Below are positions 26,963 to 40,842 of a stretch of DNA of 55,697 nucleotides, one piece after another. The notes beneath the pieces were generated by a model. The model made no database searches, was not told where the DNA came from, and was given only the letters and a program-made list of their open reading frames with translations. Position numbers and translations under genes: made by a program. The stretch is from Catajapyx aquilonaris (lineage: Eukaryota): positions 1 to 55,697 of the forward strand of contig KZ538659.1 in the NCBI GenBank assembly GCA_000934665.2, read 5' to 3'. Every line of letters starts with the position of its first letter. The first letter of the stretch is position 1.

Positions 26963-27228
26963 CAAGGTGTTAATCCCATTAAAGCGTTCACCAGAAAAGG
27001 TGGTGGTAGAGGGCGCAGGTGTGAGCATTTTTGCATAAGGAACTAGGGGTCGGAAACGCACCCTCACCGAGTCACGCACGCCTCTTGCTCACTGCCTGCC
27101 GCAAACTTTAAAAGGGCGTAACTCGGTGAGGGTGCGTTTCCGACCCCTAGTTCCTTATGCAAAAAATGCTCACACCTGTGCTCTCGACCACCACCTTTTC
27201 TTGTGACACCCTTAGGATTAACACCCTG
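26963..27228. mobile_element. 266-bp foldback MITE, Tc1/mariner-type ends (family M3)
   Basis: TA|caaggtgttaatcc...ggattaacaccctg|TA. Inner arms are nearly perfect (tgcataaggaactaggggtcggaaacgcaccctcaccgagt / actcggtgagggtgcgtttccgacccctagttccttatgca). Confidence 0.9.
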
Positions 27229-30200
27229 TATAAGTGAGTGAACTCATTAGTGCCACAGCTCAAATACAGATAGCCTCTTTACACGCTACTGATGATTCAC
27301 CGCGGACAGAGGCACAGAGCCTACAATGAACATGAACGATTTTTCCTTCGTTGAAATTCAGTAATTACCGTTCTACTCCGATCTTTTTTCTCCCTACAAG
27401 CGACAGTCTCTCTGTACGAAAATGAGTGGAGTAGCCAGAGAAGCAATCACTCGGAGCAACCGCGGGATTGAATCCTGCGAGTAACTAATTTAAGGGAGGG
27501 GACATTGCTTACAAACAGGGTTAGCATGAGGCTCCCCCAGAGCAGCCAATAGCAACATTTTTTCCCCCTCTATTTTTTTTCTCCAGTAAGGTCCATCGTG
27601 TGTTTGGATTCCACATAGAAAAGAGACTATTTGAATTGGGGAACAGTGTTTGGTCCTGGGCTGCAAACTGGTGATATGGCTCCCTTCTTTTCAGCTTCCA
27701 ATCACCCGCAGAGTTTGTCCTTTTCCCCTCTCTTGTCAAAGAGATAACTTCTTATTTTCTGTCTCCACTCTTTGTGTGTGTGTTATTTTCCGGAGCCAGA
27801 TTCTTATACTCACAAAATGTGATCGCGACTGGGATTTACCGCCGTGGACACTTCGAGGGTTGAGGATTGGAGTTTTTGATATTCAGGAGGTGAAACAAAC
27901 ATGAGAGGAGTAGATTGAAAAAAGCTGAAGGGTCTGAAAGGTCAAAGGACTTCAAGAGACGTGATTTCATGCTGATTCTCCTTCGACGATGACTTGTTGA
28001 TTTCTTCATATCACGCTTTGATTTTTTTTTCCTGGTCGAGATTCTTTGATTTTTGAAGTGTATAGTGTTTGATTAGAAAATTTTTGAATTTTGTGTCCTG
28101 TCTATGGGATCTTTTTTTAAACATTGGTTGCCATTTTATTAGTAATGACAAGAGTTGTGTGCCATTCACAGCAATGTTCAAAACTGAAACTAGTTATTTT
28201 TGCCAGATTCTGTGCTTAACACCAAAGGTCAGAGTTTGTGTATTGATTCTGAAAGTTTTAAAAATCCTAGTTTGAACGACGATATTTTGCACTTGTTTCG
28301 GTCATGTTTCCGAAAACTCCCCTTGATGTGTGCGCAGAGTCGTTTTTTTGTATAATATTCTATATTTTAATGGCAGAACAAAGCCTGCAGCTGAAATTGC
28401 ACGCTTCGCACAATGATAGAGCGAAATATGCAATGTTTATTGAGTTCAGTGAATCTAATAATAAATTAACGTTGGCTTCAGCTCCATCACATGTTTGTTT
28501 TACTATATTTCATAGAAGCGTGTAAACTGTGCGATTTTCACACACACATCCGCCCGTTGCCCCGCAATATTCGCGTGAAATGTGACATTTAAAATCTTGC
28601 CCAACATTATTTAGTTATGTTGGCGTATAGGGGAAATTGAAACAAATTTGCATCAATAAAACCCTGATTTCCGCAAGTCGTGGAACCGGAAGAGAATAAA
28701 TCGACTTTTTCTATTTTGGTCGCTTCTTTTGTTAGGAACAACCCTCAGCTAAATATAACCCATTCCGAATGGGAAATTTCGGCTTCTGAGACTATTTTAT
28801 TTCTCGCACTTGCTGCTGTGAGAAATATTTGCACATATATGTAGCACAATGGATATATTGAAATCCAAATATAATTTGCGATACATTATTACATTATTTT
28901 CGTGTTTTGGTTTTTTACGTACTGTATGTCAAAATGTGTGAGCCATTTTGATCTTTGTGTTAATGTTTTTCTACAGGAATGAATTGCATTATTTTTAGTT
29001 TATAACTGGGTGTACTGGACGTCACTTTTTAGCGAATTTTTGTGAGTTAACTTGTTTTCCTGATGAACTACCATTTTAGTACTAGAAAATTTATGGCGAT
29101 TTCCAGTGTTGGCAATAGCCTATGCGATACTTTTATCTCGATCCCACGAAATTTGTTGCCACATGTAAATTTTAGCGCTTTAATTACACAGCCTATGAAT
29201 GCGGACCCCCCTTTGCTTCTTGTCCGCGCCAATGTCTCCGCTAATTAAATCCGCGATTTTCTCTATACACATCGCCCAGATGCAAAACACAACCCCCTCG
29301 AGCGTATCCCCAAAGCCCGTTAACGTGACTCATAACCCGTCACCTTTTGACCGTCATAAAGCGGATTTTTTTCTCTCTCTCTTCCTCCTCTATATACCTA
29401 GCCTTCCGAATACCCTATGCGAATCTGCAGCACTTGGATTAAGTCCACGCCTGTATAACCCAGGCCACTAATTAACTGCGACGTGAATAGATTGGCCCCC
29501 CCTCACAAAGTGGCCCGAGAGCTCTTGGGAGCGTAAATCCCGACGCTGAAAAGAGAGAGGCGGGAGAGTTCCATGTTTGTGCTCAACCCTGTACTACATA
29601 ACTACTGGAAATTTCAAAAAAAAAGTAGAGGAAATTCTAGGCGTCACGTGGCTTATCCTGCGGACACACATTTCTTGGGGGTATACTATACACTTTCCAA
29701 GTTTCATTACTAACTGTCTGGTGGTTTAGAGGCCCCCAGGGGCACAAGGCCACTTTTATGCCCCGGGATAAGGATCTGGGGGCTGTAATGAAACGTCTGG
29801 AACCTGTGCTGCTACCCTGTGGAGTGTGGGTCAAAGCTTGCTTCCATCTGCAGGCCTGGAGAATCACTTATCGGATCCTGATTCCTCCCACGAGGCTTAA
29901 TGTCTCAATAAAATATGGAAAGGAAAATGAACCGTTTAGATAGCTGGGGGTTGCACTACCAGAGTACTCTTCGTATGTGGATGTTAGGCACCAATATGTA
30001 GCATTGAGCCGAGCTGCAATAATTATTGAGCCCGCATATTGGTTATTGCAGAAACCGTGTGTGTGCATGGAGGCCACCCCCCTAGTCATGCCCCTGCCGG
30101 TTATTCAGAGTACATTAAGCTTGTCAGTCATCGGGCATGGGAGCAATCAAATCCCATTAGGTCGCGAGCAGAGCCGGCCGGCCATTCAATTGCTCATCGC

Positions 30201-30973
30201 TCCCTTCATTTTCTTCCAAATCGGCCTGGGTTGCATGGCGCCCATTGGTCAGATATCATTCAAAACGAACCCCTTTCCTTCCATTGTTGCTTGCTTTAGA
30301 GGTTTTTATCCTGAGCAATGCGGGGCTGTGTTTGTGACAGTTCAATACTGCAGGAGATGAGGGCGTTTGAACTTGACAAGACTATTGAAATCATGACCTA
30401 ATACGACATGACATAGGCAGTGGACTAACTGGAGGTTAAAAGTACCATTTGTTGGGAGCTGGAGCTGAAATTTGGTCCCCACCGAAATATTTATCCCCCA
30501 CCCTCCGAGCACGCGCTATATTTCATTAGCCGGTGTCCTCCGGCACAAAAAGAGTCCCTGAATCTCCCCGGAAGATATAGCCCCTGGGAATAAAAGGGTG
30601 GCTGTTATAGGGGGCTGGGTGAGGGGGCTTGGCTAAAGCTAGGGCTATGTGTAGAGAGAACGCAGACTAGACTTTGTGAACCCTGGATACGGGCCAGCTG
30701 AAGTCGAGAAGGGGGGCACCCCACTTTGGCAAGTTGGGCGTGGCAATTAGCCGGCCCGGAGGCTGCTCAAGCCAAGGTAATGGAAACAGGGGGTGCCACT
30801 GGTCCATGCCCTGCATCCCTATGCTCATGCCAGATCCACAGGGTTGAATAATAACCAGCCGGAATATTACGACATAAATCCACGAAGTGACCAACCTATT
30901 CGCATGTGAAACGTCACGGAAGATTTCGGAACTCTGTTCAGTCCGATTTTTATAAAGAACCCTGGTCTAAACG

Positions 30974-31060
30974 TGGCAACACTGCCATGCCCATGGACTG
31001 TGGACGTAGTACCTAATCTTTCGCATACATGGCGCGTTCTCCCTCTCTGCACACTAATGA
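30974..31060 (+). repeat. Dispersed repeat family R copy (5' half)
   Basis: tggcaacactgcc...gactgtggacgtagtac...catacatggcgcgttctccctctctgcacacta. Confidence 0.75.
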
Positions 31061-33307
31061 TGGGTACCATGGACAGGGTGCTCTATGATGCACATTGGTC
31101 GCTAAACCAGAACTCGTGTGAAATTTATGTGGGCGTTGAAGCCCTTGATGCAATGTCGTCTATATGCGAACTCTGCTTGACATCCTCCAGCGGTCCTTTC
31201 CAGCAATTCCCAGCCTCCGCATTCAGATTCCAGCGTCCAATTCGCATGCCCCACGCCCCCATAACTTGGCTGGTTGCATACCCCATGTCCAACCAACGCG
31301 CACATGTGTTGTGTGCAATCCTGCCTCCCCATATTCAAATTCGCCAGCCGATTCAGACCTCCCCTGAATCACCATATGCATGAAGAGTATAAATTTGATT
31401 CTCCAGCAGCCTCCTCCTCCTCCTCCCTGGAAGAGAATATTGGCCTTTTCTCCTGGACCCTGCTGCTGGAGAGAGTGAGAGAGAGAGAGAGGGCCGGCCC
31501 TTAATTTTCCATGTGAAAGGAGGCCCTGCTGCAGGGGTGGTGTAGTAGAGAGGGGCCAAGCCTGGCTATCATTAGGACGCAGCTGCCTCTTTACGGCCAC
31601 ATGCCAACTCTCTGGGTCCACTTTGCCTTCTTTTGGACTACTCCACAGCAGCAGGGACCCTGGACGCTTGCCTGGAATATTCCAGCAGGCACACAAGTTT
31701 TTGGAGAGTCCGCGGGTTTTAATTTTTAGCTTCCCTGATCCCTTCCTCTTTCACCGCCGGATAATGAGGAGCGTCACCTAGCTGTCGACCGTAATTGTCA
31801 ATTATTTCCTCCAAATAGCTGGGGAGGCTGACTGAAGGACTCGAGCTCATTGCTTTCAATTGGGGGACTTTATTTAGGGGGGGAGGCTGGGAGACCGTCC
31901 CAATTAAGTTCCCGAGTGCTGGATGACAATCCTTCAAAGTTTCTGACAGTGCTTATATGCCATACGAGGTACCGGAGATGCAGGAGGAAGCCTCCCCCAA
32001 ATCTTATTGCTTGTCGGCGAGGAGGTCAAGTAGTTGCTTGAGTAACGTGGCGGAAACTTGTGACTTGAAGGGTCTTATACTGACAGGCTCGATGTTGTTT
32101 GGATGTCGCAGGTTGAAAATTCGCTATTGACGTGTTCGTCACAAACATGTCGCAAATTAGAAGAAAAATCACTTGTTATGTATTGTGAATACCTTTCGCA
32201 ATTTTTATGCCAAGTTGGACTCTTTGACGTACCGCCAGCACTCTTCGGTCAATTTACGAGCAAGTTACATGGGAATGGCCCAGAAAAGTGGTGAAATGAA
32301 AGTTGGCAAACGAACGACGTCATACCTGCCCTTCAGTGGGGCGCGTACTAGAAACAAGAACAGTGCTGAGTCTGCAGGGCAAGTTGGAAGGAAACGAGCG
32401 GAAAAGTTACTCCTTCCAATCGCATTTTCCCCCCTCAATGTCTTCAACTGTAGGCGACAATCGCCGCTCTTTTCCTTTCCAAAATTGGTCCGCCCGTCAC
32501 TTTTTTCTCTTCTCTCTTATCCTCTCATCTAGTGTGTGTCTTTTTTTCTCTTACCACTTTTTTTCCTTTTCCTCGACGCCCGTTTCCTGGGCTTCCCAAA
32601 ATCCGACCGTTGGGACGTTCCGCCAAATTCTGGCAGAAAATTATATCGTCTCGGAGCCGTCCACTCTTCCATCGATTGGACCTCATTCTGAATAAGGAGC
32701 CGGTATATGGGGCCTGTCCTGCACAATCACCCGTCGTTTGTGTCACAGACATGACTTTCATGCCCGTAAATAGGGACCTAAGTGCCGTCATGCTCATCAC
32801 CTCCCGTAGCTGGGCCAGTACTATGTCCTATTTAAAATTAGAGGCCTTCAGAAAACCGAGGTCCAGCTTCCAACTCTTGCAAAATAAGCTTGTTATCCAT
32901 CCATTTTTTTCAGTCTGTCTCTCTCCAGAGAGATGTAGCCCCGTTGTTATGCTTCCGCAAAGGAAGATTGATGAGGAGGAGTGCGGTTGCGTGAAAGCGA
33001 AGTTTGTTTCTCTACGAGTTGGCCAGGACAAGTGCAGCTTCCCATTTTGATTCCATTCCTCCCACCCACGTCCTCAAACTCCGGATACGAGCATGCCAAG
33101 GGTGTGTTGCCCCTAAGACTACTCGAGTCTGTACCCAGGTCGAGTCCAGGCCATAAGACCAATGAGAGGAAAGTTTCAGGCGGACATTTTTTTAGAGAGA
33201 GAAACACAGCCGCCACATGGCCTTACCCTTCTTCAGGTTTCAGCGAGGGTGAAATAAGAGCCGAGGAGCTGTGAGACTGACAGCACTTTATTTAGCGTGG
33301 CACTTAT

Positions 33308-33555
33308 TCGTAAATTGGGGTGAGATTGTGTCATGTGGGGTGAGATTGTGCCATCTGGGGGTGAGATTGTGCAAGTGCATTTATTTGGGGACAACAGTGC
33401 GCCCTACTGCGAATATTACTCGTCATCGCCAACCTTCATCCCTCAATGGAGTGAAACATGCTTAAATTTGCTGGCTCCCAGTAAGGTTCACTGTTGCCCA
33501 AAAATGCACTGGTACAATCTCATCCCACCTGGCACAATCTCACCCCAATTGACGA
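33308..33555. mobile_element. MITE of about 250 bp with subterminal tandem motifs (pogo/Tc1-mariner-like, family M4)
   Basis: cgtaaattggggtgagattgtg...cacaatctcaccccaattgacg. The motif ggggtgagattgtg occurs three times on the left and twice (inverted, one degenerate) on the right. Arms extend to gcatttatttggggacaacagtg / cactgttgcccaaaaatgc. Confidence 0.8.
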
Positions 33556-36500
33556 TATACTGTATAGAGTAGTTGTGGGTCACCGCGGATGAGGCACAGA
33601 ACTGAGAAAACCTTCTTGGGTCCATCGCTTTAAAATGAGACACAACAGTACCTGCAGTGGGCCAGACCGCCTGGAGCCAAGGATAGGTTAAGAAGTTGGC
33701 CACAAACGAGGTAGGAGGCACACGTAGGAAGGAAGGAAGAGCATCGCTATGCTGCTGGGGATGCTGAGAGCTCCATGCATGCTAAGCAGACGCCTTGATT
33801 TTCCATTGGCGCCACGTCTAACCGGACCCTACTTGTCCCCCCTTCCAAAAGCCTTCGACGCAATTACATTGCCTCCCCCCTACCTTCCTCCTGCTGCCGT
33901 CTTTTTCCTCCCAGGAATTCTTTATTAACCTACTATGCCTCGCCTGGGAGCCAAATGGGTGGAAATTCAGCCCAGGTCGTTAGTGATAGGTGGAATGATC
34001 AAGTTGCCCCCCTCCCCTTCCAGCCCTGGATTTTTGGGCTGGCTTCTCCTTCGTAAGGTCAGGATGAATTTTCTCCAGAAAATTCATCAGCCCTCCAGGA
34101 TTTTTCTCCTCGAATGAATCGGGTATTGAATATCTCCACCCACCCCACCCATCCACTCCTTTTATGGGCACGTACCCCCCATTATATCTCCCTCCTAGTA
34201 CCACCCTCCCTCCGGAAACCTGATTCTGGTCGCTTAATGCCCATTATAGTAATCTGGGCTCCGTATTTGTTCAGCCTTGTAACACGGTAGTTAACCACAA
34301 TTAGAGTGCCGAAGCGTTTATTGGTTTTGATATTAGGCGGTCATTAAAACTTGGTTGGGGAAATATGGACAGGATTGGGAACAAACCGGTACGTTCCGGC
34401 GCGTTTCCGCTACACTCTTCATTAACTTAAGTTTAAAAAAAAAGAGAGAGGCCGCGTTCCATAAAACGAGACACATCTCCCAGGGAAACCTCATATGGAT
34501 TACTAAGTGCGAAATTAGCGCAGCAGGGAAATGTTTGTTTCCGGACTGCATTATTACCCGGGCTCCCGGATAAAGCATAGCATGGTTCCCTCGGCTCACG
34601 TTGGATGCGGTTGGGTTGGCCTAGTCTCTCTCTGTGCAGCATCAAAAACCCTTCACCTAGGAGGTCTCTTCACAATTACTTCGTAGCCTAACACAACTAT
34701 AGAGGAATAGAAGATATTCACAAACGTTCACTTTGTTGTCTAATAATGATGCACAGAGCAAAATCAATCATTTTACGGATTGTTGTCAACATCGCTGCGC
34801 GAACTGTGGTGCGCACTTGGTGGCGCTCGTAAAAATATGCATCTACAACTCTATGGTTGTCGAATAGTTTGTTGGATAACACCCTGCGTAACTGCAGCAC
34901 AATACGCAGCACCCGCTCCCAAAGTTCGCGTAAATTTTTTCGCGAGCAAAACCCCGATTGGATGCACCCGTACACTGCCGATAATGATCGCGGAGGCCGT
35001 GTCATTTGTACTCATCAGCAGTTGCCGCAACTATTTGTCACCCATTCTATGCCTCTAATTGGGCATAAACAGGGATCACTGATGGCCTCAAAGTAACAAT
35101 TATGCTTTTTACAGCACGACCTTTTTTGGCACGTTCTCTGCATGCCCAATTTCAGCACACCTTTACCTCCCCCCCCCCCCCTTTAAAACACGNTTAAAAC
35201 ACGGCTCACGAAAAGGCAATCTGCTTATGAATTTCAAAGGCATTTTCATGTGAAAGGGCGGAGCTCCGGTCTTCTTTTTTTTGCGCGCAAAATGTAGTCA
35301 AGGCAACTCTTAATTGGAGTGAATACCCGAGATTGGGCGAAACCTTTTTTTTCCTTTCCTTCCTTCATCTTCTTGATTTGGCTTCGACTCTCTCTGCTGC
35401 AATTTGCACGTGTACTTTTCTCCTCATTTTTTTTTTGCGAAAATTTTACTGCCATTATGAGCCGGCACAATCGGCCTGATTGTACGCTCTGGATGCAAGG
35501 AGTATTGGATGTTTAATTACTGATCTTTTTTTTAAAAAAAAAAGGAGGTACAAAGGCAGCTGCCAGGGTGTACTTACCTTTGTGCAGTACTGAAGGAGAG
35601 AAAATGAAGGAGGGGAAGATAATTATGTTTGAGTATATTGAAAGAAAATGAGGGCATTGTTGCTCATTTTGAGTTATTTCAGGCTGCACCTTTCCAATAA
35701 TTTGCACTGCGTTTCAGTAGAAGACTTCACGAGCTAATATTAGCCACTTAAAATAGCCCTGTACTGATATTGGCACTCTGAACATATTCGCATTACTCAC
35801 ATAATTTTCCAAGTAATAACAAAGTCATAGATGGCTATGATAATAATTATCTGGATCATATTCATTACCTTGGTTAGGTTCCTGGGTCATTTCATTCGTA
35901 TGTGATGACATAATTTTGAACACGTAACGTACCTTTGCTGGAAAAATTATATTTTGCATTTAACCGTAATTTAATTTTGAAAGTTTTGGGAGTGCTTGTC
36001 GCTATCGACGAGTGATTATGCAAGCCGTTTTGTTATTTATTTATTTTTATCAGCTCACACCGGCTGTTACAGCGTGATGAGAATGTTATTGAAAAAATGC
36101 TGGAAATTAATTTTCGGAGGGGGATAATGAACGATGTTGGTGAGGGAGACGATTGAAGTGATTTTTAATGAGTGTGTACAGGCCCGGGTGAGGAATTTGG
36201 GGATGGTTGGATGGCGCCCGCAGCGTATCCCAATTACATGGCCGTGTTTCTAACTCGCCTAATAATCATTAATAGGGGGGTTGGGGGTGTGGATGTAGGG
36301 GTGTTGCGTATTATTGGCCTAATTAAATCATTCAAATTAATTAATTGAATTCAGGATATTTTTTAAGCACGACTGCTGCAATTCCATCGTGTCTATGCAA
36401 ATCCGTGCAAAGCGTGCCGCCAATTGATCGTGTTTAATTGCCGGTTTAAGCAGTGTTGAAACTCTCTCTATATGAACAAAATTGTTGAATTGCGATCACG

Positions 36501-37760
36501 TTTGTTTAATATTAAATTAATTAAAATTTGCAGCCATGCGATCGACAGAGACACGAGCCCCGGAAATAATTTGCAGCGATGAGTTTATGCTTCAAGTGTG
36601 TAATTCGCTACATTATTATCATTACCTGGATTAAATAGTGACAGTGCGTTAGCAACATTAGCTGCTGGATTCGAACGCTCATCTTTACCGCACCTATAGC
36701 AACCGGTTAATAAAAGTAAAAAATTGCAATTTTCATTGGTTGCCATTATTGTGCCAAAATGCAGTCCACATAATGAGTGGTTTTTCCAAAAAGAAGCAGT
36801 TTTAAATAATAATGTATTATGACAAATGAAATTTGCGAATCTCTTTAAATTGGTTGCTCCAATAGACACTTGTGTAGTTCATACCTTCTGCATAAAAACT
36901 AAGGATTTGACCTGTGCTCTATTCCCTGCACTATTGAAAATGAAATCTTGTAGTTGATCAATTCATACGAGTCTGTCTCCTTGAATGTGGATTCAAATCA
37001 GATTTTCATGTGAAGAAAGGGCACCTTGAGTAATTAAGGACGTTATAATGGCAGCTTTAGTGTTTAGACGCAATTCACACGAATGTAAAGTTTCTAATGG
37101 CCGCTGTTATACGGCCCAGAAAGAGGCGTGGACGCATTTCACTCGTCGTAAATGATGGGTATATAGGTGCAGGCCATCCATCTTGATAGAAAATATTGGC
37201 CAATCCTGCGGATCACACAATCATCTTCTTTTGCAATCATAGTCCCAATATTTTTGCCTTCAACTATAACTGGTATTTTTTTGCCATTTTGCCTGGAAAT
37301 TGTTTTAAAAGATCCAGTCTCAATTTGGTCCACTGTTGAGCTTCTCGGGCTCAGTTTAAAACTAGATGGCCATTTTCCGAGTGGAGAGCAGAAGGGGTTA
37401 TTGGCACTTTATTTTTTAAAGGCCAGAATAACGTAACACTGTCGGTCCTTTAAATCCATTCCCCTTCTCCAGGATTGGATCAGGCCATACCGTCCAACAC
37501 ACACAAAAAAAATCCTCGTTCCTGTGAACCAACTTGGGCCACGCCTCATTGAACTTCTTATCGTCCCCACGACACTGTCTGCTCACGACCAAACTTCTTT
37601 TTTTCCCTTCTCTTTCCCCCTTCCTAGACTAACCAACCAACCAACCTCCAGACCTGAATGCATCAACGCCTGGAGAAACTCCCCTTAAGGGAAGGGATCG
37701 CATTCCTTTCTAATGAACAGACGAGATTGCAACGCCTTCAGAGATGCGGAAAAAAAACTA

Positions 37761-37808
37761 CAGGGTGTTTCTTAAAGGCAAGAAGTTTGCCAACCTGGAA
37801 ACACCCTG
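37761..37808. mobile_element. 48-bp micro-element with M1-type termini
   Basis: TA|cagggtgtttc...gaaacaccctg|TT. The 11-bp TIR is identical to the M1 ends. Confidence 0.55.
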
Positions 37809-38579
37809 TTTGCACACCTTGCAGGAAACGCCTCTTCCTTCCTTCCTTAGGGGCTTCTTGTTTACCTCACAAGGCAAGCAGCGTTCATCAACTTCCTAAT
37901 TATCAGCAAATGGGGTTTGGCCATTAAGCCTAATGAAGGATATGGTGGGGAGGAAGATAGTAGGCAGTCTTGATAAACTTCCGCTTTTACCACTGTGTAT
38001 AGTCGAAGACTCTCGTTCATGATTTTGATTATTGGCAAGTGCACCTTCCGAAAAACCTCCATTTTAATCTGAGCATTGGGAAAAGCAGGCCGTTAGTCAC
38101 ATACATGGGCCCCATCGGTGTAGGTGACGGAAATGAGCTCAGGGAGACATCGGAGGGGGGGTTGGCGGAAATAGGTTGTTTGAGACAGTCGTTAATTCCC
38201 ATTCACGTCCGGAAGCCTTAATTCCTCCAGCGACTAACTATCGGGGTTTCCCCTGGAACAAAAGGGGAGAAGATGGTCTGCCTTGCCTGGTGCGCGAGCG
38301 TGTGTGTGTCTTTTCCTTCAAGGAGGCGGTATCTTCCAATCAGGCTAATGTTTCAATGGGATTCAATCCTCCGATTGCTTTTGTGTGGCTCGAGGGGGTG
38401 TGCTCGATACCCATTCGAGAAAGGGAGGAAGCACTTTGCATATGCCGGCAGGACTGTGAGATATTGCCTGGTCTATCGAGTATGAAGCTGTAAATAGTTT
38501 TCGGTCTGATCACCAGTTTATTTTATGCACATTAGCGAGCCCCTTGCCTAAACTTAGTAAAAACTGATCACGTATATTT

Positions 38580-38670
38580 CACATAGTCTCCCTCACTGCA
38601 TACTACTGCCACTTGCGAGAGGCAGTGGTACTACATGCACTAGCTGATGACTCGCCCCGGACAAACAGAC
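38580..38670 (+). repeat. Dispersed repeat family R copy
   Basis: ctgcatactactgccact...agtggtactacatgcactagctgatgactcgccccggacaaacagac. Confidence 0.78.
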
Positions 38671-40842
38671 TTTCCGTTCCGTTTCTTGCCTGGTTTGTTC
38701 CGCTTCAGGCCGGTAAATCCATCCTGGGCGAACATCTGCGGTTGGATCCAAAGTTTACTTATCCCATTAGCGGACCAGCGTGGCCGGAACCGCGCGAAAA
38801 AGCATGCATCACGCAGCGGTTAGTTGCGGTCGCCCGCCTCAAAAGAAAATCGGTCCGCAGGAAAAGCTGGGGCCTGGCCACACCCTGTTAGGAAGCAAAG
38901 TGACCGCGTACAAGTCTCAGCCTCATATATACACACACACAGCTAGAGAGTAACTCATGCATTCAAGTGGAGGGTTGGTCCTAAAAGTTTGCTTGAAATA
39001 TGTGCGGATAAGGGGCTTAAGGATAAAAGCGGGGTTGCCAAGTCACGCGCGACTTTTGAGCTCCCTGGTGGGTGCGGGCTGATTTAATTGCGGGGAAGAA
39101 CTTGGCCGGATTTTGAAGTTCAGGACTAGAAACAGGTGGTTAGATATTATGGGCTTACGTAGATTTACTTAACTGGGTGTGTGGTGAAGGTGGAGCCACT
39201 GCCAGGAGTTTATTGCATTCAACTACTTTAAAAAATCTTACATATTAAAAGGCAAAGTTTGTAAGTATATATGTTTGTCCGGGATACCTAACTCACTTCC
39301 TCACCTCTGAGAACACACAACTTTGCACACCGATAAACCTACCCGTGCTTGAGGGAAAAGTCCGTAAACTGCACTTTTTAAAGAATGCCCAAAAAATTAG
39401 GATTTGGTGTATCATTATATTGGGACTGGGACGGTAACCCAAAAGCCATGTAGATGACAGTATCGGTAGTGATGACTCACCCCAGACACTGGTGAAATTT
39501 GACTTTTGATTGGTATTGTCTCCAACAGTCACCTCCTAGGCTTTTCGGAAACATGAAAGCACACATTTCACGCTTCACTTTCAGGTATCATCCCATCAAC
39601 AAAAAATTATCATTATAAACATTTTTGAAATTTTCTGGGAATTCAGATTTTCTTTGTTTTCTCGAAAGTAACAAAAGTGTGCTTATCCTGTTTCTCCACC
39701 AAACCCTTCAGTTTTTGTTCATCCATTTTTGTCTTATAACGTCCTACCCTAAAGCGACTTGTGCGCTCTCCGGAGAGAAACTAACCGATTAAACGCAGGG
39801 ACGAACTTGGCCGGATTTGCAGTTCAGGACAGGAAACACCTGTTTGGCTGTTTTAGGCTAACTTCTGGTTCACTTCGAGTGTTTGGGGAGCAAGCAAAGT
39901 GGGGGGTGGAGCCGCGGCTTTGGCTTCAGTTTATTGGGTTAAGTGGACCCCTGATCTTGAGGGAGGGATGTCCGGATAGGAAGCATTGTTGGATGTTTGT
40001 TGCTGTTCTCAGGTGGGAAAACGGATCGGTCTTGCCTCGTAAGTTGTCGCTCATCAGTTTGGAGAATTAATTGAGCTGTCCTCGGCTGCAGGGTGTTCCA
40101 GAAGTGTCAAAACCTTTCTTCACTTCTTGATAATTAGCACGTATCCAACCCTAGTGTACACCTTCCTTCTGCCTGACTCCCGTATCGGTTTCGAGGCCAG
40201 AGTCCACGCCCTCGACGCCCTTCCAGAAAGCAATCTTGCTGTTGTGTGTTTGGAGAGGATTGCTTTTCTTGCCTCCCACCCTCTTTTCCACCCCTCCCTT
40301 TCCCCCCCTGGCTCGCAGAAAGCAGCAGCCCAACATCCTGCAGCTTGTGCTCCTCGGATGTCCAATACCTGCAGCTCTCTCCTTCCTGGGAGAATGCGAA
40401 ATTGAATTCTTCCCGCCGCGACTTCGGCACCAAAACATTCCCAGCCAAGTTCAAACCTCCCACCCACTCCCCTACTCAGCCTCCACCTGCTGAAGATGCC
40501 GTCCCGTGATTGGATTTGAATTAAGGGAAATGCCATCCCCCCACCCCACCCCCATCCAACCATGCTGCTACTCGATATATACCGGTATCTGGTATTGATT
40601 GTTGACTTCAGTTCGTTTCTGTCATATTCTGCACATTTCATTGAAGAATCCAATCTGTTGCCATGCAGCAGTACTCTGGGCTCGACAACTGAAGTGATCC
40701 AAATCTTCACATTAAGCTGCCTAGAAATGCTCTCTAAGAGAAGCCTAGTGACAGATAATCATTGGGATTCATAGTAGTTGTAATATTTAATTAAGAGTGA
40801 ACCCCCCTTTCCCAAAACTTGGCAACACTGCCCTGTCACCCC

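Noticed and set aside
33271..33721. Two opposite-strand ORFs sharing VNWGEIV
   Set aside because: Explained by the inverted arms of MITE M4.
34063..34088. Perfect 12-bp stem gatgaattttct-cc-agaaaattcatc
   Set aside because: Isolated, AT-rich and short, with no second copy or target duplication seen.
35183..35203. Direct repeat ttaaaacacg-N-ttaaaacacg
   Set aside because: A duplication around a single N next to poly-C is typical of a contig-join artefact.
40120..40710. 196-aa minus-strand ORF and overlapping ORFs
   Set aside because: No recognisable domain, no coding-like codon bias compared with the true exons, and no supporting splice structure.
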